Source of the DNA: an uncultured Clostridia bacterium
Lineage (GTDB): Bacteria > Bacillota > Clostridia > Christensenellales > Borkfalkiaceae
Assembly (NCBI GenBank): GCA_964598465.1
Contig: CAZRCE010000001.1
Span: 1-39,604, forward strand
Reading direction: 5' to 3'
Length of the DNA: 39,604 nt
The translations under genes and the position numbers were made by a program. The notes under the pieces are model-generated. The model ran no database searches, was not told the DNA's origin, and saw only the letters and a program-made list of their open reading frames with translations. Within the stretch, counting starts at the first letter, position 1. The number at the start of each line of letters is the position of its first letter. This document shows positions 23,213 to 32,122 of the stretch, in pieces.

Positions 23213-24088
23213 TCAGCTTATTCTGTTTTTTACGTAATTTACAAATTCGTGCATAAAGCTAACGTCGCCGTCGATACCTTCCAGGATTTTATGGCAAGCG
23301 TCGCCTATCAAATCTATCTGAAGCTTACATTTTTCAAGTCCGTAAAGCCGTACGCTCGTGTACTTGCCCTCTTTTTCGTCCTTACCCGTACTTTTGCCCA
23401 GATTTGAAAAATCGCCCGTAACGTCGAGAACGTCGTCCGTAAGCTGAAAAAGATAGCCTAAATTTTGTCCGAACGCCTTAAACTCGGAAAAATATCTGCC
23501 GCCCGCTAAGATTGACGGCGTGCAGAGTGCCGCGACGATAAGCTTGCCCGTCTTGTTCGCGTAAATAAAATCAAGCACCTTTTCGTCTAAAATTTCGTCG
23601 TTTTCATGTAATAGGTCGGCAGATTGCCCCGCAATCATACCGTTTATTCCCGCACATTCGCAGATATATTTTGCCGCCGCCACGCTGTCCTTGCCGTCGA
23701 AACACTCGTCGAACAGAAGCGAATACGCGGTGTTCAAAAGCCCGTCGCCCGCAAGTACGGCGTTTCCAGTACCGAATACCTTATGGTTAGACGGCTTACC
23801 GCGCCGAAAATCGTCGTTATCCATTTCGGGCAAGTCGTCGTGAATGAGCGAATAAGTGTGAATTAATTCGAGAGCGAGCGCGAAATTCTTCAATTTATCA
23901 GCGCCGACCCCGCAAATCTCGCCCGCCGCAAACATAAGCACGGGCCGTATTCTCTTTCCGCCGAGATTCAGGCTGTAAACGAGGCTGTCGTAAAGTAGCT
24001 TCGGCTCGCAAGCAAGCCCCTCGCTAAATTCTTTTAAATAATTTTCGAAGCAATTACGGTATTCGCCGTATTTATTATCGAAATTCAA
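23213..24088 (-). CDS. ispA: (2E,6E)-farnesyl diphosphate synthase
   Basis: LIHDDLPEMDNDDFRRG and QLTDDVLD aspartate-rich motifs. Confidence 0.9.
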   Translation of the reverse strand: MNFDNKYGEYRNCFENYLKEFSEGLACEPKLLYDSLVYSLNLGGKRIRPVLMFAAGEICGVGADKLKNFALALELIHTYSLIHDDLPEMDNDDFRRGKPSNHKVFGTGNAVLAGDGLLNTAYSLLFDECFDGKDSVAAAKYICECAGINGMIAGQSADLLHENDEILDEKVLDFIYANKTGKLIVAALCTPSILAGGRYFSEFKAFGQNLGYLFQLTDDVLDVTGDFSNLGKSTGKDEKEGKYTSVRLYGLEKCKLQIDLIGDACHKILEGIDGDVSFMHEFVNYVKNRIS

Positions 24089-24927
24089 TTCTTTGCGCTC
24101 CTTTTTGCCGCCGTAAGCGTGTTATAAAGCAACATAGTAATAGTCATAGGTCCGACGCCGCCGGGTACGGGAGTTATATAAGAGCACTTGTCCTTTACGC
24201 TTTCGAAATCGACGTCGCCGCAAAGCTTACCGTTTTCGTCCCTGTCCATGCCGACGTCTATAACGACCGCGCCCTCTTTTACCATATCCGCCTTGACGAA
24301 TTTGGCTTTGCCTATCGCCGCAACGAGGATATCCGCATTTGCCGTTATTTCTTTAAGATTGCGCGTCTTGCTGTGGCATACCGTAACCGTAGCGTCAGCG
24401 TTCAGAAGGAGCATAGCCATAGGTTTTCCGACGATATTCGACCTACCTATTACAACCGCGTTTTTACCTTTGATTTCGATATTTTCCCTTTTGAGCATCT
24501 TCATTACGCCGTTAGGCGTGCAAGCGACGAGGCATTTTTCGCCAAGGCAGAGGCTTCCGATATTTTCTTCGCAAAATCCATCGACGTCCTTGGATTTCGG
24601 TATAAGCGACAAAATCTTTTTGGAATTGAGATGAGCGGGCAAGGGCAACTGAACGAGTATGCCGTGAATTCTATCGTCGGTGCAGAGTCCTTCGACAAGC
24701 TCCTCCACCTCGCTTTGAGTTGCTTCCGCGGGGAGATAATACGCGTAGGATTTTATGCCGACGTCGGCGCAGCCCTTAATTTTATTGCGGACGTAAACCT
24801 GAGAAGCTGGGTCCTCGCCTACGAGCACTACGGCAAGCCCTATTTCTTTACCGAATGCCGAAACTTCTTCCTTTATCTGTGCCCTTATTTCCGCAGAATG
24901 CTTTTTGCCGTCGATTAAATTAAACAT
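24085..24927 (-). CDS. folD: bifunctional methylenetetrahydrofolate dehydrogenase/cyclohydrolase
   Basis: YVRNK, GRSNIVGKP, PGGVGPMT. Confidence 0.95.
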   Translation of the reverse strand: MFNLIDGKKHSAEIRAQIKEEVSAFGKEIGLAVVLVGEDPASQVYVRNKIKGCADVGIKSYAYYLPAEATQSEVEELVEGLCTDDRIHGILVQLPLPAHLNSKKILSLIPKSKDVDGFCEENIGSLCLGEKCLVACTPNGVMKMLKRENIEIKGKNAVVIGRSNIVGKPMAMLLLNADATVTVCHSKTRNLKEITANADILVAAIGKAKFVKADMVKEGAVVIDVGMDRDENGKLCGDVDFESVKDKCSYITPVPGGVGPMTITMLLYNTLTAAKRSAKN

Positions 24928-25324
24928 TTTTCTTTTCCTCTATAATGCTCGAAATCAGACCGGAGATATAAGACGCGCTCTTTTCCGAAGAATACTTCGA
25001 AGCGATATTCGCAGCCTCGTTCGCGCTCACTTTGTCGGGTATATCGTCCATATGGTAAATTTCCGCAAGCGCAACGAGCAAGATACTTCTGTCTGCGGGG
25101 AATATACGCTTTTCGGGGAACGCATAGGAATGCTTATCTATTACCTGCGTGAAAAATCCGGAATTTTCGCGGATTATTCCTATCACCTTCTCGCAATATT
25201 CGATATCCTCTTTATCGAGCTTTTCGCCCTTATACATCGCGCGGCGAAGCTCCTCGTCGTTATCTCCCTCGAATTGAGAAGCGAAAACTATTTTAAACAA
25301 AGTTTCTCTTGCCTGAGTTCTCAT
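24920..25324 (-). CDS. nusB: transcription antitermination factor NusB
   Basis: Size, RTQARE..LFK start, conserved nusB-folD synteny. Confidence 0.85.
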   Translation of the reverse strand: MRTQARETLFKIVFASQFEGDNDEELRRAMYKGEKLDKEDIEYCEKVIGIIRENSGFFTQVIDKHSYAFPEKRIFPADRSILLVALAEIYHMDDIPDKVSANEAANIASKYSSEKSASYISGLISSIIEEKKNV

Positions 25325-25352
25325 ATGATTTTCCTTTAATTATAAATAGAAA

Positions 25353-25380
25353 TATTCCCTTAAAGTAAATTAAGGGAATA
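25353..25380 (-). terminator. hairpin between asp23 and nusB
   Basis: TATTCCCTTA-8 nt-TAAGGGAATA. Confidence 0.45.
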
Positions 25381-25387
25381 CGAAATT

Positions 25388-25720
25388 TCAGATTACCGTA
25401 TTTTCGGGGAAATCAACGTCCTGAACGTGTACGTCAACCTTGTCGATTTTGTATTTGGTCATCGACTCAACGTTATGTTTTATCGACTGCTGTATTTTAA
25501 ACGCAAGCGACGGTACGTTGTAGCCGTAGTCAACTTTCACGCTTATATCGGCGATGATGCCCTGTTTGTCGAAAGTAAGTTTAATGCCCTTGTTCTTCGT
25601 AGAAAGTAAGCTTACTCCCTCCACCTCAGAAATCGCGAGGGCGACTATGCCGTTCACAATGTCCGAATTATAGGAAATTTTACCTTTCTGCGAGGAAGAA
25701 CTCTGCCTGATATGTGCCAT
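25388..25720 (-). CDS. Asp23/Gls24-family alkaline shock protein
   Basis: GKISYNSDIVNGIVALAISEVEGV pattern. Usual position upstream of nusB. Confidence 0.85.
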   Translation of the reverse strand: MAHIRQSSSSQKGKISYNSDIVNGIVALAISEVEGVSLLSTKNKGIKLTFDKQGIIADISVKVDYGYNVPSLAFKIQQSIKHNVESMTKYKIDKVDVHVQDVDFPENTVI

Positions 25721-25799
25721 AATTACTCCTTAAAACACGGGATTTTCCGTATTCCTTATAAGTATAACACGTTTAAGGCAAATTTGCAACTACTGCGAA

Positions 25800-26285
25800 T
25801 TAAATTTGTGAATAAACGGGCATTATCGCAATATTTAAGGGGTTTACTCCCGCTTCGTTTTTAAGGAGATTGTAAATGGAAAGCGCGGTATCGGGATAAA
25901 GCTCCTCGGAATTGATGAATACGATAACGTTATCCGAATCTTTGCCAATAGTTACTACCGCGTCCGCAAAGCCGAGAGATTTAATCATAGTTTCAAGAAC
26001 GAGCTCGTTTTCCATTATGCCTACTATCTTCATTTTGAGAGCTACGGCTTCGTCGTACTTTTCACTGCCTTCTTCGTACAGACCGATAACGTTATCGAGC
26101 TGCAAAAGCTCCTCGCTTCTCGTGGTAGTGCGTTCGGAGCGGTAAGACGTGAAATAGTTTGCGGTCGTAACCGCATCGGCGTTAGCCGCACCGTTTCTGT
26201 TGACGAGAAGCACGTTAAGCACTGCCGTCAGCGCGAGTAAGAACACGAGAGATGTCATAATGATGATTTTTTTCTTCTTGGTCAT
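25800..26285 (-). CDS. spoIIIAH: stage III sporulation protein AH
   Basis: Last gene of the spoIIIA array. N-terminal TM plus a YscJ/FliF-like C-terminal domain, judged by position and size. Confidence 0.75.
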   Translation of the reverse strand: MTKKKKIIIMTSLVFLLALTAVLNVLLVNRNGAANADAVTTANYFTSYRSERTTTRSEELLQLDNVIGLYEEGSEKYDEAVALKMKIVGIMENELVLETMIKSLGFADAVVTIGKDSDNVIVFINSEELYPDTALSIYNLLKNEAGVNPLNIAIMPVYSQI

Positions 26286-26298
26286 AAAAAACTCCTTA

Positions 26299-26649
26299 TT
26301 AATTCATAGCGTATATCGCTATAATATTTTTACTGATATTGAGCGCGGTAGAAGCAGCGTTTAAAACGTTGCCTCTTACCATAAGGTTATTCGCGCCTTC
26401 GCACACGATAACCACTCCGCAAATTCCGTCTTCGGTTTCGGTAACCATAACCTCGGTATTACCCACGCCGTCGATGCTGTTTAAAATGCGCGTAAGCTTT
26501 TCTTCCGTTTGGGTCATCGTTTTGGCGGAGTACACGCTTTCGCTCTGCCCGCCGTTCATAATCACCACGATAAATATTAATGCGAGTATAAGCGAAATTA
26601 TGATAAGTACGGTTTTATTTGCTTTCAGCGTTTCCGTTATCTTTTTCAT
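26299..26649 (-). CDS. spoIIIAG: stage III sporulation protein AG, short form (116 aa)
   Basis: Lies between AF and AH. TM segment, then LTRILNSIDGVGNTEVMV..GVVIVCEGA. Confidence 0.7.
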   Translation of the reverse strand: MKKITETLKANKTVLIIISLILALIFIVVIMNGGQSESVYSAKTMTQTEEKLTRILNSIDGVGNTEVMVTETEDGICGVVIVCEGANNLMVRGNVLNAASTALNISKNIIAIYAMN

Positions 26650-27067
26650 TTACGTTAATATTTATATAGCCGAGGGCTTCAAGATATGCACGGATTTTAT
26701 TTTTTGTTACTTCGTCACGACAATCCGTATAGACTTTAACTCCGTTTTCCTTGAACGCGCCCTCCTCGTATAAGATAACCACTTCGCAAACGCAGTCCGC
26801 GCCAGTATTTTCTTTTACGAGCTTTTCAAGCTCTCCGCTCTGCGCTTTGGAATATACCGAACAGACGTATTCGTAATCGATAATCGCGTCCTCACCCGCA
26901 GCCCCTCCTATATCGAAAATTTTAACGACGGGACTGACGAGAATGAATATGCAGACGAGCCGCATAACGAAGTTAATCATTTTATTCAGTTTACCGTCGG
27001 GTATTATGAACCCGACGATTATCGTCACGAAAACGGCGCACGCCGCGGTTGTAAGATACAGCGTCAT
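26615..27067 (-). CDS. spoIIIAF: stage III sporulation protein AF
   Basis: Position, two N-terminal TM segments, small soluble domain. Confidence 0.7.
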   Translation of the reverse strand: MTLYLTTAACAVFVTIIVGFIIPDGKLNKMINFVMRLVCIFILVSPVVKIFDIGGAAGEDAIIDYEYVCSVYSKAQSGELEKLVKENTGADCVCEVVILYEEGAFKENGVKVYTDCRDEVTKNKIRAYLEALGYININVNEKDNGNAESK

Positions 27068-28290
27068 ATGAAATCGGTTGCGGAATTAATCATAAGCATA
27101 ATCATAAGCCCGTACATAAACGCCGCCGTCATTAATCCCGCGATAAAATATTCTACGTCGTTAGACAGGTCGGAAAAGAGCGAATACAGCGTGTTTTCGC
27201 CGAGCGGCTGAACGATTGCACCCACTAATTTCAAAATCAGCGAGAACGCGGCGAACAGAATTACGGGCTGAATGATTTCCGAAAGTAAAATTATTATTCC
27301 GCAAAGACCAACCGAGCTTTTGATAAGCGAACCCGCGGAAACTATCATATCCACGCCCGACGACAAGAAATTGCCGACTATGGGAACGGAATTTCCCAAA
27401 AGGTATTTCGTCGCCTTAAAGAATATACCGTCAAACAGCGAGGAAGCCGAGCTTTGCACGGTAAGGAACAGACTGAAAACCGTTACGGTTATGCCTATCG
27501 CCCATTTTAAAATGCTCTTTATAAGCTTAGCCGTTCCGCTGAACGAAATCTGCGGATTGAGCTTGGACATAAAATTCAGAACGACTACGGCAACCGTAGC
27601 CGGGAAAACGAAGCCGCTTATTATTTCAATCGCGCCGCTGCTGAGAAATAGCGCCGACGGCTGATAGATTGCGCCCGACCCAGAACCGCCCGTAAGCACC
27701 GTAAGCGTTACCATAATCGGCGTAATTATTTCCACCTGCCGCTTTACGTTCGAAATACTTGTTACCGCCGTCCCGACTATACCCACGAGCATCGAGGTTA
27801 CTATTAATACGATAAGTGAATAACACGCGAGGCGCACGACTTTTGAGGTAGATTTACCGAGAATACCCCCCTCCGCGCCCGAAACTATGGAACAGAGTAT
27901 CGATATCGCGACAATCTGGGCAAAAGCCGGCACGAGCGAAATAACGTTTTTGAAAAGCACGGAAAACAGCTCGCCAAGATAGTTGGAATAATCCACGTTC
28001 AGATTGCCGCGGACGAGATATTCCACTATTTCCCTCGCCGTATTCCCGAAGCTTCCTATAAACGAATTGCCGTGCGCGTCGAGATAGCTCTGCAATTCGG
28101 TTAGGTCAAGCTCGTCCAGAAGCTTTAAAACGGTGTCGGATAATTCCTGCCCCTCGTCCGCGCTCGCGTACGCTCCGCCTCCCGTAAGCAATAAAATTAT
28201 AAATGCCGCCGCAACGAGGACGAGTAATTTCATATAAACAGCCGTTCTGTTCGTCCGCGTATAGCGTTTAACCGTCTTTAATCCCGTCAT
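27064..28290 (-). CDS. spoIIIAE: stage III sporulation protein AE
   Basis: Large polytopic membrane protein with a signal sequence. ATGA-coupled to AD. Confidence 0.85.
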   Translation of the reverse strand: MTGLKTVKRYTRTNRTAVYMKLLVLVAAAFIILLLTGGGAYASADEGQELSDTVLKLLDELDLTELQSYLDAHGNSFIGSFGNTAREIVEYLVRGNLNVDYSNYLGELFSVLFKNVISLVPAFAQIVAISILCSIVSGAEGGILGKSTSKVVRLACYSLIVLIVTSMLVGIVGTAVTSISNVKRQVEIITPIMVTLTVLTGGSGSGAIYQPSALFLSSGAIEIISGFVFPATVAVVVLNFMSKLNPQISFSGTAKLIKSILKWAIGITVTVFSLFLTVQSSASSLFDGIFFKATKYLLGNSVPIVGNFLSSGVDMIVSAGSLIKSSVGLCGIIILLSEIIQPVILFAAFSLILKLVGAIVQPLGENTLYSLFSDLSNDVEYFIAGLMTAAFMYGLMIMLMINSATDFI

Positions 28291-28679
28291 ACAAGTTTAA
28301 TCAGCGACGATATCACTTCGAAAAGCGCCTTTAAAATGGGTATCGCCATAACGAAAATTACGAGTTTTCCACAAGTAATCAGCTTGTCCGACAGTCCGTC
28401 GAATCCTAAATCCTTAACGGAGCTTGCGGTAAGCTCTATAAGATAGCCTATGCCTATTACCTTGAACACGATACGCATCACCGACGAATCGATATTCGTC
28501 TGCGCGGCAAATTCCTTTAAAAAATCTAGGCTCGCGGCGAGATAATCGAAGGTAAACAGCGCAAGAATAATTCCGCCGGCGGTCAGACAGAGCGGAACTA
28601 AATCGGACTTGTTGGTCTTTAAAATCAGCGCGCTTACTCCCGTTATTACCGCCACGCAACACAGCTTTAAAATTATCAT
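28287..28679 (-). CDS. spoIIIAD: stage III sporulation protein AD
   Basis: 130-aa protein with 4 TM segments, in operon order. Confidence 0.8.
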   Translation of the reverse strand: MIILKLCCVAVITGVSALILKTNKSDLVPLCLTAGGIILALFTFDYLAASLDFLKEFAAQTNIDSSVMRIVFKVIGIGYLIELTASSVKDLGFDGLSDKLITCGKLVIFVMAIPILKALFEVISSLIKLV

Positions 28680-28876
28680 CAGAATATATCGAATAAAAGC
28701 TTAACTTTTTCGAAAAGCTCGCCTATCATAGTAATCACGACGGTTAAAACTATAATCAGTCCGACGAGACTGACTACCGTAGCGATATCGTCCCTGTCGG
28801 ATTTTTTGAGTATCTGACAGATAATCGTTGTTATTATGCCGACAGCGGCAATTTTAAAAATTATACTTATATCCAT
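28679..28876 (-). CDS. spoIIIAC: stage III sporulation protein AC
   Basis: 65-aa protein with 2 TM segments, in operon order. Confidence 0.8.
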   Translation of the reverse strand: MDISIIFKIAAVGIITTIICQILKKSDRDDIATVVSLVGLIIVLTVVITMIGELFEKVKLLFDIF

Positions 28877-29301
28877 TACGCAAGAAGGACGGCGACCAAA
28901 ATACCCGCCATAATCGAAATTTTCAAGTAAAGTGAACCGTATTTTTTGTACTCGTCAAAGCTTTCGTCCTTATATTTCTTCAGAAGCTGCTTTCGTTCGT
29001 TAAGATACTCTATCTGCGACTGCGCGTCCGTCGTGCCCAGGTTTTCGGCGTAGCTTTTGATAAATTCTCCGCCGTCGCCTTCTATTTCGATTTCACCCGA
29101 TAAAAGTCCGTTTACGTATTTGTAATTTTTCGTAACTTCCGAAAGCTTCATTTTGCCGTATTTCAGATTTAGTATCAACTGCTCGTTAAACTCGTACAGC
29201 TCGGCAAACTCCTGCATTTTCCGTTTTTTAGCCGCCGACAGAAAGTACCCCGTCGCCGCCGACAAAATTATTATCGCTGACAATATTAAAATTTTTATCA
29301 T
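28876..29301 (-). CDS. spoIIIAB: stage III sporulation protein AB
   Basis: N- and C-terminal TM segments flanking a helical domain, in operon order. Confidence 0.8.
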   Translation of the reverse strand: MIKILILSAIIILSAATGYFLSAAKKRKMQEFAELYEFNEQLILNLKYGKMKLSEVTKNYKYVNGLLSGEIEIEGDGGEFIKSYAENLGTTDAQSQIEYLNERKQLLKKYKDESFDEYKKYGSLYLKISIMAGILVAVLLA

Positions 29302-30130
29302 ATATCAAAGGTCTTTGGGCTATGCCCGTCAGTTCGACGAAAAATTCGAACGGCATTCGCGCAAGTACGCTTCTGTCCGTTATGTGCGAGGAGGCAATGA
29401 CGGCTATTCCGCATTCGGCTAAGAAACGCACGGCGGATTCGTCAATTTCGCCGTAAAGTTCGTCCGAAATAATTACCTGCGGCTTCATTGCCCTGACCGC
29501 GTTTTCGAACGACGATTTCTTGTCCGACCCCCTCACTATATCCGTAAATTTGCCGAGGTCGAAAACGCACCTGTTGCCTTCCGCAGCCGACAACTCGCCC
29601 CTTTCGTCGAAAACGAGCAAGTTAACGCCTATTTTTGAACCGATTTTTCGTGCAAGGTCGCGCAAAATAGTGGTTTTGCCGTAACCGGGAGGCGAAAAAA
29701 TCAGCGTGCTTTTTGCACCGCCGCCGTACAGCGTTTCGTAAATTTCCGACGAGCAATTTTTAACCTCGTGCGGTATTCTTATATTTACGGAAGTCGGGTT
29801 TCTGAGTGCGGTAACCGCACCTTTTTCCGTTACGTATTCGCCCGCAATACCTATTCGAACACCGCCTACGGTTATAAATCCGCGTTTGAGCTGTTCGGAA
29901 TAAGCATACACGCTGTACTGCATCGCTTTGGATAAAATCTTCTCCACTTCGTCGCAAACTACCGCTAATTTTGCGTTTTCGGTCAAGCCGGATTTTCCGA
30001 GAAAAGCGTACTTTCCGTTGTATTCGACAACGGCGGGCTGACCGTTCCGAAGCCTTATTTCCGAAAGATTGTTAATATTAAGGTTGTTTACGGCTTGTAC
30101 GACCTCCGCGGGGAGAAAGTCCAAATTCAT
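29228..30130 (-). CDS. spoIIIAA: stage III sporulation protein AA (AAA+ ATPase)
   Basis: FSPPGYGKTT Walker A, LLVFDE Walker B. First gene of the array. Confidence 0.9.
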   Translation of the reverse strand: MNLDFLPAEVVQAVNNLNINNLSEIRLRNGQPAVVEYNGKYAFLGKSGLTENAKLAVVCDEVEKILSKAMQYSVYAYSEQLKRGFITVGGVRIGIAGEYVTEKGAVTALRNPTSVNIRIPHEVKNCSSEIYETLYGGGAKSTLIFSPPGYGKTTILRDLARKIGSKIGVNLLVFDERGELSAAEGNRCVFDLGKFTDIVRGSDKKSSFENAVRAMKPQVIISDELYGEIDESAVRFLAECGIAVIASSHITDRSVLARMPFEFFVELTGIAQRPLIYDKNFNIVSDNNFVGGDGVLSVGG

Positions 30131-30152
30131 AGTTTAATCTATTTTTCGGCGC

Positions 30153-30181
30153 AAAAAAAAATAACCGCCGAAGCGGTTATT
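30153..30181 (-). terminator. rho-independent terminator after htpG
   Basis: On the minus strand, ATAACCGC-ttcg-GCGGTTAT followed by T8. Confidence 0.75.
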
Positions 30182-30197
30182 TCGTAATTTATTTAAT

Positions 30198-32012
30198 TTA
30201 TTTCGTGTATCCATTCAAAAGCGTCATATTCGACTCGATAAACTTGTCGAGTTCTTCGGGCGAAAGCTTCTTGAACGAGAGAAGCGCGAGCGAATATACG
30301 TAATTTGCCACGAATTTCTGCCTTTCGTCGTCAAGCTCCTTAATTTTTCCTATTATCGGGTTGGCGGTATTGATTATTACCGTCTGCGCTACGCTTCCGT
30401 CGCTCATACCGTAGAAACGTCCCATTTCGGTATATCTTCTCATATATTCGTCCACGTTAATCAGCGCGGGAACGCTTTGGTTTTTAAGCTTCTGAGTCTT
30501 AAAAGTAACTTCACCGCCGACTGCGTTCTTGAAGATATCTACGATTACGCTGTCCTCGGCGTCGTCCTCTTTCAGCGCGCCAGCCACGTCTGAGTCGATT
30601 CTCATAAATTTGAGCTTCTGCGGGGCTTTATATTCGAGATAGCTTACGAAGTGCGGGTCGATAAAAGTATCGCAGCAGATTGCGTTCAGTCCCGCCTCTT
30701 TAAACATATTTATATACTGCGCCTGCTGATGCTCGTCGGAAACGTAGTAAACGGTCGTAGGTTCTTTTGCTTCTTCCTTGCCGTCCTCTTTCTTTTCCTC
30801 GTCGCCCGTGATGCCGCAGACCTCGTTTATCGTCTTGAATTCGCCGTTGATATCCTTATAAATTATGACGTCCTGAACTTTTTTATAGAAGTCGTCGTCC
30901 TTTATGCAACCGAATTTGATAAAGTTGGATATATCTTCCCAGCACTCCTCGTACTTCTTACGGTCGTTTTTAAATAGCGAAATAAGCTTGTCGGCAACCT
31001 TTTTCGTTATATACTTCGAAATGCGCTGAACCTGTTTGTCGTTTTGCAGGAAGCTGCGCGAAACGTTCAAAGGAATATCGGGGCAATCGATAACGCCGTT
31101 CAGAAGCATAAGGAATTCGGGTATTACTTCCTTTATGTTGTCGGCAATGAAAACCTGATTGCAGTATAATTTAACTTTACCGCGTTCGAGTTCGAGCTTG
31201 TTCTTCACCTTGGGGAAATACAGAATACCCTTCAATTTGAATGGATAATCCATATCGAGGTGCACCCAGAAAATCGGCGGGGTGTAATCCATAAAAGTGT
31301 CGGTATAGAAGTCCTTATATTCTTCTTCCGTGCAGTCCTTGGGGGCTTTTGCATAGAGCGGAGAAGTCGTATTGAGCGCGGTATCCTTGCCGTCGCCCTT
31401 GAAATTTACGAAGATTTCGAACGGCATAAAGGAGCAATATTTCTTGACGAGCGACTTTATCGCGTTCTCGTCGAGAAATTCCTTTTCGTCGTCTGAAATA
31501 TGCATAACGATTTTCGTGCCGCGCTCGGACTTGTCCGTTTCCTCTATGATGTAAGTCGATTCGCCGTCCGACTCCCACCTTACTGCGGGGCTTCCGTTAT
31601 ACGACTTCGTGAAAATTTCTACACTCTCGGAAACCATATACGCCGAGTAGAAGCCGAGACCGAAGTGACCGATTATTCCGTCGCCAGCGGCTTTTTCGTA
31701 TTTATCGAGGAAATCGGAAGCGCCAGAGAACGCAATCTGAGTGATATACTTTTCAACTTCCTCCTCGGTCATACCTATACCGTTGTCCTCGACGGAAAGC
31801 GTTTTAGCCTTCTTGTCAACTTCGATTTTAATGCGGTAGCCGCCCTCGTCCTCCGTCGCTTCGCCGAGCGTGACGAGCTTTCTATACTTCGTTATCGCGT
31901 CTATACCGTTCGCGACGATTTCCCTTAAAAAGATGTCCTTGTCCGAATATAACCATTTTTTTATAATCGGCATCATATTTTCGCTTGAAATCTTAATATT
32001 TCCCTGCTTCAC
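30198..32012 (-). CDS. htpG: molecular chaperone HtpG (Hsp90)
   Basis: REIVANGIDA, GHFGLGFYSA. GTG start with a GGAGGT RBS. Confidence 0.9.
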   Translation of the reverse strand: MKQGNIKISSENMMPIIKKWLYSDKDIFLREIVANGIDAITKYRKLVTLGEATEDEGGYRIKIEVDKKAKTLSVEDNGIGMTEEEVEKYITQIAFSGASDFLDKYEKAAGDGIIGHFGLGFYSAYMVSESVEIFTKSYNGSPAVRWESDGESTYIIEETDKSERGTKIVMHISDDEKEFLDENAIKSLVKKYCSFMPFEIFVNFKGDGKDTALNTTSPLYAKAPKDCTEEEYKDFYTDTFMDYTPPIFWVHLDMDYPFKLKGILYFPKVKNKLELERGKVKLYCNQVFIADNIKEVIPEFLMLLNGVIDCPDIPLNVSRSFLQNDKQVQRISKYITKKVADKLISLFKNDRKKYEECWEDISNFIKFGCIKDDDFYKKVQDVIIYKDINGEFKTINEVCGITGDEEKKEDGKEEAKEPTTVYYVSDEHQQAQYINMFKEAGLNAICCDTFIDPHFVSYLEYKAPQKLKFMRIDSDVAGALKEDDAEDSVIVDIFKNAVGGEVTFKTQKLKNQSVPALINVDEYMRRYTEMGRFYGMSDGSVAQTVIINTANPIIGKIKELDDERQKFVANYVYSLALLSFKKLSPEELDKFIESNMTLLNGYTK

Positions 32013-32080
32013 TTGCTTTTACCTCCGTTTTATAACATTAATTATATAAACGTTCGATTCACGCGTTAAACGATTACAAA

Positions 32081-32110
32081 ACAAAAAACCTCCCGATTAC
32101 GGGAGGTTTT
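32081..32110 (-). terminator. rho-independent terminator after ispH-S1
   Basis: AAACCTCCC-gattac-GGGAGGTTT with a T run on the minus strand. Confidence 0.75.
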
Positions 32111-32122
32111 CGTATATTTTGA

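Noticed and set aside
32013-32122. CIRCE (HrcA) operator upstream of htpG
   Set aside because: No TTAGCACTC-N9-GAGTGCTAA-like inverted repeat is present. Only the terminator of the upstream gene and AT-rich sequence are seen.
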